NCBI GenBank assembly: GCA_040954595.2
Contig: CM082578.2
Coordinates: forward strand, 13,174,304-13,238,303
Direction of reading: 5' to 3'
DNA: 64,000 nt
From: Balanoglossus misakiensis
Taxonomy: Eukaryota > Animalia > Hemichordata
This document shows positions 57,801 through 64,000 of this stretch, in pieces (positions within the stretch are counted from its first letter, which is position 1; each line of letters starts with the position of its first letter). The notes beneath the pieces were generated by a model. That model was not told the origin of the DNA, made no database searches, and saw only the letters and a list, made by a program, of their open reading frames with translations. The position numbers were made by a program, and so were the translations under genes.

Positions 57801-60800
57801 AAGACCATTCGATCCAGCGACGGCGTCCTGTCAAGCAAAAATTCGATTTCTAAATTCTTTGCATAACAGGTAACTTTTCATTATGACATTCTAATTCTCG
57901 CGTATTCGGCCTCACTCCGAAATATCTGGAGAAGTTAATTAATCACCGACATGGGGTGGCACATCTTACACATCGTTCTCATATCTTAAGATTATTTTCC
58001 GAACTCCAAGAGTCTCGTGTGACCCTGCGAGATCTTGGGAGGGCGTGCGACACAGGACAAACGTCACATGGCCATGACGTTAAACGGTACAAAACTTGCA
58101 ATTTTTGCTTTAAACTCTGCACTTATTCTAGTTTCATACAAAACTTGACTTCCATTACTTGGCTAGCAACGGTAATTAACCAAGTCTCGCGAGATCTCGC
58201 GATGAGGGGAAAACCATCTATTGGACCAGCTTGCATCAACCTATAGTGGACGAGGTCAAGTTGAGGTGCAAAGATAAGCGATTAGTTCAGTGTTGCAGAA
58301 TGTCCACTTGGCACAGACGCGTTAAACAGACGTCCCTTGGCATTCACGGCAGCTGGAGCGGCATACCGTCTCATAACTTATCTACCGTCTCCTAATTTAT
58401 CATGACCAGCGGTCTGTAAGAACTATCATAACTTCGAAGTGCATCAACCCCAACATTTTATTTCAACGAGGTCAAGCCGCCAAAAGTACAGCATAACATG
58501 CCTGGCCTGATTTTCTGCAAACTCGGCACAAAAACCCGAAAACCCCAATAGCTGCTATTCTTTGCATTATTTTCATGACTTTTTTTCAAAATTAGAATGA
58601 TGCACTTAAATAAGTGTACCGATGGGTACACACAAACTCTCCCGCCGTCCAGACTAACTTGATCTTGATTTCTCTTGCAACATACAGCACACCGCGGCAC
58701 AGTAGTCTGATAGGTCGCATGAACGCACACCGAGTTCATGGTCAGTCAGAATTTTATTGCAATGGCCGACATGATTTACAGCGGCAATCCATCTTTCACG
58801 TGACCAGAACGATATACAATACGGGAATCAATCCAGTACTTTATGAATAGTAATCCAAAGCTAACATTACCTTTAAATTCAGTATTACGCCAATTAAACA
58901 TTTGATATGCCACCATGCATGCATGCTCGTGCGTGTGCCACTTGTGGCAGTGTAACGTGGGTGGCTCAATTTCTTGGGGTGTCACGGCTTCATAACATCT
59001 AAGTCGATTCCTGGCCCTTGGGGCTCCGCTGTTCAATTTGCTCGAAGCGATACTAATTGTAGCGGAATGGCTGTGGGATCACCGATTTAGTCAACTCGAA
59101 CTTTGGCGACAGATATAATAATTATTATGCACTGATAATAACAGTCCGCCCCCCCCTAATGACTAATTAATTACCTGTCGTGGTTTAGTATATGATGAAA
59201 AGGGTCGATCATTAATCGCAGGATCGTGTTACAAGTTCTTTGATATTAAGCTTAAAGGTCAAAGAGACGATAAGGACGATCACTGCTATAAAAAAGTCCA
59301 TAAAAATTAAACTTCAACGTCAAATGAAACCATAATTGAAGACCCTGTTCTCGAGTGACAGTGGTTGGTACATTCCGCGATGCCTGTGAAGTTTTCACTT
59401 CTGGTTATAGTATTTTCATTTGTTATGATCAGCATGGTGTAAACAACGCCATGTGTCGCTAAGTGGGGGAAAGCAACCTTGATAGCCTTTGTTGCGATTT
59501 CGAGAACCAATACAGTGCGCTGTGCTGTATTGCTGAAATGTTTGGGATTGATTTCCATGAATGGGCGTTTATCGTTCAGCGCTTTATGCATCACTGATAT
59601 AAACTTTGCAAAATCAGAGGTCAGGGAGGGAAAGGGGTCACAATGGTCAAAATGTGTATCGTGTAAGCGACTCTCCTCTCGTGGACAGTTTACTTTATGA
59701 TTCACGCAACAGTGTTTCGCGTAAACAACCAGCGGCGTGTGACTGCAGACACCCCGAGGAGTCTTCGTCTTTTGTAGTGATGGCATCGACGGGTTAAAGT
59801 CAACGACCCGGACGATGTGGGTTAAGTTGTACGCATAGTTTATATCAAATCGTACTTTGTGTCAGAGAAAAATAACAACTAAACTGTGAAGCACTCAGTG
59901 TCCGATGACTGGCACATGTATGCCTCGTTTGGGCATTGTCATGACCCTATACAACGTACGGATATTCTTCGCGGGATGATGATTTTTTTCTGAGAAATGT
60001 TTGAGATCCAGAAGTGAGTCTGATTTATATTCTCCTCGTGTTGAGTTCTGACAGTTCCCACGATATCTCTGACCGGCTTTCTTTTTGGAGACAAAAGTTT
60101 ACGCCGAAGTTTGGTCTCTTACAAAAACAGGGGCATAAAATGAGAGTCTGGGTTCCTTCATGCTTTAATAGTGAAAGAAAGCCATCTTCATTTGTAGTCT
60201 CGCTTGTCAGACGTTGAACCCGAGCTCGGGGTAGCAGTCTGGTAGACTTAAATTTTCATAGATATCGTTGAGGACAATGATTTTCACATGAGCGCTCGCG
60301 AAAATTGATAGTACTTCCAGTCCCATATCGCATGCGTAGATCAAAGGACGCGTTACGCTAGAATGACCTCTTCCTGGTTCGATAATGGCCAGGTAATTGA
60401 CCGATAAGACGAATATGAGAACATATAGACGCAGTCCTCGTGTTTGTTCTCACCGGTTATCAGACGTTTGATGACGGCCAGTGCCAGGGTTGTCTTGTTT
60501 ACTGCCCTTTTCCACACGCGTGCGAATCTTTCTGAAGGATTTTAAACACGACCACGCCGTGATTTAACGTCACCAGTGCAAGGCCAGTTGGAGTATGCCA
60601 TTCACCTTGAACAATATTAAGGACTCCCAGCATGCGAGTAATCGGGGCGGTAATTGGTCTACTGCACAATCTAAAAGCGTCGGATCATTTCAGAAAAAAT
60701 GGGGTATGTTGTTCATGCGCCGCATCGGTCACTCGGTCCTACCCAAAAGTGTTTATTCTAATCAACGTTGATGCAATAATAATACTATATGATTCACAAC

Positions 60801-63800
60801 ACGAATTAACAATATCACTCGCCGTGCATAATTTTTAATTCACCTAATGTTTTGTTTTATTTTGTTTGTTTTCTGTTATGTGTAGTTGTTTTGTTTTGAT
60901 TGGTTTTCAAAAGTGTTCATCACTTAAGCCATGATATGGTGGTTTGGTTCCGGAATCGAGTTAGGAGGGCATCCCTTTCCCACAGTCTGCTATTCTAACG
61001 CACATCACTGTGTGTTTTCTAAGCCGGGACGATCATTTCAAGCTTAAAGTGAAAACACAAACAGTGAATCATGGTTAATGGGGTGTGGTTTCTGTAATTT
61101 CAATCCTAGCCAACAGCTGTGCCATTCAAACATTACACTGTAAGGCCAGGAAGAAAAAATGTATTGTTCCTCGAACTTTGTTCGACGAACTTTTTTCACC
61201 TGTTTTACTTACCAGGGGGGGGCACAGTTTCAAACGAAGGGAGACTACAAAACACCATCACTGACATAACTAAACAAAAACACGCCATATGACATTTTCA
61301 ATCGCTGATTCTTGGGAACAACATACATTCATCCTGACCTAGTGGTCTTCACTTGACGACCTTTGGTGACCCAGAGATTGGTCGATGGGTGCATGAATAG
61401 TGAGTACAGCACTTAGAGGCCCTGTGTCCGTGCTCTCATTTCACTGAGTCAGGTGTATTTGATACAGCGTCCGTGTCGAGTAGCACGAAAAGACATCCAT
61501 TACCCTGCGGATGACTTTATCAGGGCAGCTAAAATTAAAGAGGACAGCTTGCGACGGTATGTTGGGGGTTTCTTAACCTCAGTACGTTTGATAGAAGACA
61601 AGTAGCGACAACCACAACAACATTGGTAAGATTCTTTCAGTTGATTCATATTTGTCTAGGGTGTCTTTTATGTTTCGAACACGACTTGGCCAACGCGGTT
61701 GTTGAGTTTTTGTTTGTCCCTACGGTAAGTTGACAGAACGACATAGACCAACTCGATCAAATGTCCGTGACTCTATATAGCACTTGTCAGATTGTGCCAC
61801 ATTCAAGTACTTGTATGTCAAACGGACTATGTCCTCTCCAACGATTGTCAATGCAGGCTTCACTCGTACCGTGGCAACGAATGAGCGATATCGCGCGTGT
61901 ATCGGAGTTGATTTTTTCGTCGGTTACTACTCTCAAGTCCACCTGACAGAAGTTCATAATGAGTATGAATGACTGCATGTGCTACTTGAACCCTCAAACC
62001 CCACCAGTAGGAATGTAAATCAATATGCAACGCTCGGCACTCCCTACAACCCTTTGACCCAGATAATTGTAATCTGCATACCGGCTGCTTTTAATGAGTT
62101 TGTTGAAGTCCACGATATTTGTGACAGCCGGACAGGTTAGGATACTTTCAGGATATTTTTCGGAGAATTTGAGTCACAACTTCCGGCCATAAAACTCTCT
62201 CGCTCACTTGTGGAGAACCACTTAATACTGTTATCTTGAGGGGGATGCGGGCGCTCACATGGTGAACTCAAAATGTTGTCGGCGTGTCCGAGTTAAGGGC
62301 ACATCTCTGGGGACAGCCAGATTCACGGTGAGTGCTGTTGAATTGTACGGTATTGTTGAAGTCGCCATTCACAAACTCTCTATCCTACAGTTCAGGGACT
62401 TCCACACCTGCCTCGATGCCATGAGCTTGACTCACGTGTAGGCTTAGTCGTGTGTGATTCGGCCCTGTTTTAGCTGAGTACACGGTCCCACATGTACCTA
62501 TACGGCGCTTTTGTTTTGCCTGGTTGTTGTGTATCTCAGGTAACCGTCACAGTACTGTACCGATCTGATTGTGTTGCATACCCCACATGCGTACCGTGGG
62601 GCCATGTAAAACATGTTTTAAAGCGTTATGCACTGTACTCTGCTCTGGAATAGATTTGGTTAATGGTCTTGCGTCGGAGCGCGGTCCAGCCCCGTGCGTG
62701 AGTGAATCTCCAAACCTTAAAATTCTCCATTCGCTCTCTGACATTCTTCTCCCCAGTCTAGCCTACCACTTGTGCCAAATCGTCATGTATATACGTTCAC
62801 CCCTGCCAGCAACTAGCGCACTTTCATCTGAATGCAGTTAATCACACTGTGACCCGATGATCAAATATGAAAATATAAGAACGCACTATGTACTGCGCGC
62901 AACACGGCGTGACTGTTGACCGATTGGATTTTTGTGATCATTAAATGTGAGAACACACAGTGCTGGCCGAATAAGGTTTACTGCACTCGATTATTTCGTT
63001 CAACATAGGAGGCATGGAGTGGTTTCTGCGGTGATTACAACGCAGGCTATACGTATGGCCAAAAATCAGACTCCGTCTTTACCTTCTGTTGTTTCTGTTC
63101 TGCTCTTGCCGCTTCTCGTACAGCTGACGTCATCGGCAATGGCACGCGGAACTTTTGTCCCCGCAGCTGATTTTAATCATGTTCTATGAGATATAGGGCG
63201 GTGAGAACTCTACGAATGTTGACATGCGTGTATCATTCAGGTGATAAAGATATAAACTTTCACTCAGAGTTGTGAACCCGCGCGTTCTGTTACGTTGCAT
63301 TGCACCGCCAGTTCGCACAGAATGTTTCGGATCACGGATGTTACTAACACTTGTTCTGTGGAGGGTACATGCAGATCATGATTTATTCAATGGGCGACAG
63401 AAATGGCGATATTTGACTCCTTAATGTGAGCTAAAAGCAGGGTAGTGCTCTAAGTACAAAACAAAGAAGCCTGCCTTCTATAAGAAGACACAAAAGTCAC
63501 ACAAAGCAGGCACTATCGTGCGGCAGTAGGCCTAATAGAAATCTTTGAAAGGGCGACCTGAAATTATTTGGGAGGGAAAGTGTTCGCACGCTCTTTTGAT
63601 AACTTGGAAAGACATAATAAGCCTTGCCACGGGCAGAAATACGTAAAATTTGCAAGAAATATCTCCTTTGATATTCTTGAAAGTTGTAACCCGACCTGGT
63701 TTGTTCGTTGCTGCATAGGTGCATGAAAACTTGACGATCTTCCTCGGGGGAAAATTTGAACGAGACCGAAGAAAACTTATATCCCAGCGTGTCCAATGAA

Positions 63801-64000
63801 CCGTTCAGTGAACTAGGCCTTTTACTTCCAAACAAGATGTGAAAGTATTGTCTGCCAAAAGACCACGTACAAACAACAATATCGATGACGACACGCGCCC
63901 ATGACCCCGTATGACCCGTCGCCTGGTGACGGCATTATCGTTGCATTGTGCAAAATAAAGGAGTGTTTTCCTTTCACTGAAGTTAACCCGATTAGCCCAC

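Noticed and set aside
59307-59786. 159-aa minus-strand ORF
   Set aside because: No recognisable motif, composition like non-coding DNA, no convincing splice context.
61560-62820. Cluster of plus-strand splice-like sites (possible spliced lncRNA or UTR exons)
   Set aside because: No coherent reading frame could be assembled; needs transcript data.

Overview
Eukaryotic (intron-rich, AT-rich, most likely marine invertebrate deuterostome; taxon is inference) genomic DNA, so most short ORFs in the track are noise. Reading GT-AG junctions and checking phase gives about nine protein genes: a partial type II membrane protein (-), an orphan type I membrane protein (+), an O-fucosyltransferase-family protein (-), a secreted EPN C-type lectin with 6-nt and 10-nt micro-exons (+), a 10-exon anion-selective Cys-loop channel (+), a single-exon bHLH factor (-), a 12-exon selenoprotein O (-) with an in-frame UGA and a SECIS element, and a head-to-head pair of divergent SPACA9-like genes. 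One of the pair splices in frame onto a C-terminal death domain, and RFX X-box-like motifs lie between them. Highlights: the SPACA9-like/death-domain pair; SelO ending T-V-T-U-S-S instead of CxxU, with an unusual SECIS; a chloride channel whose pocket looks re-tuned from glycine towards an amine; and complementary (ATTC)n/(GAAT)n tracts bracketing its pore exon. Family assignments rest on motifs recalled from memory, not database searches. No convincing gene was found at 55000-64000.
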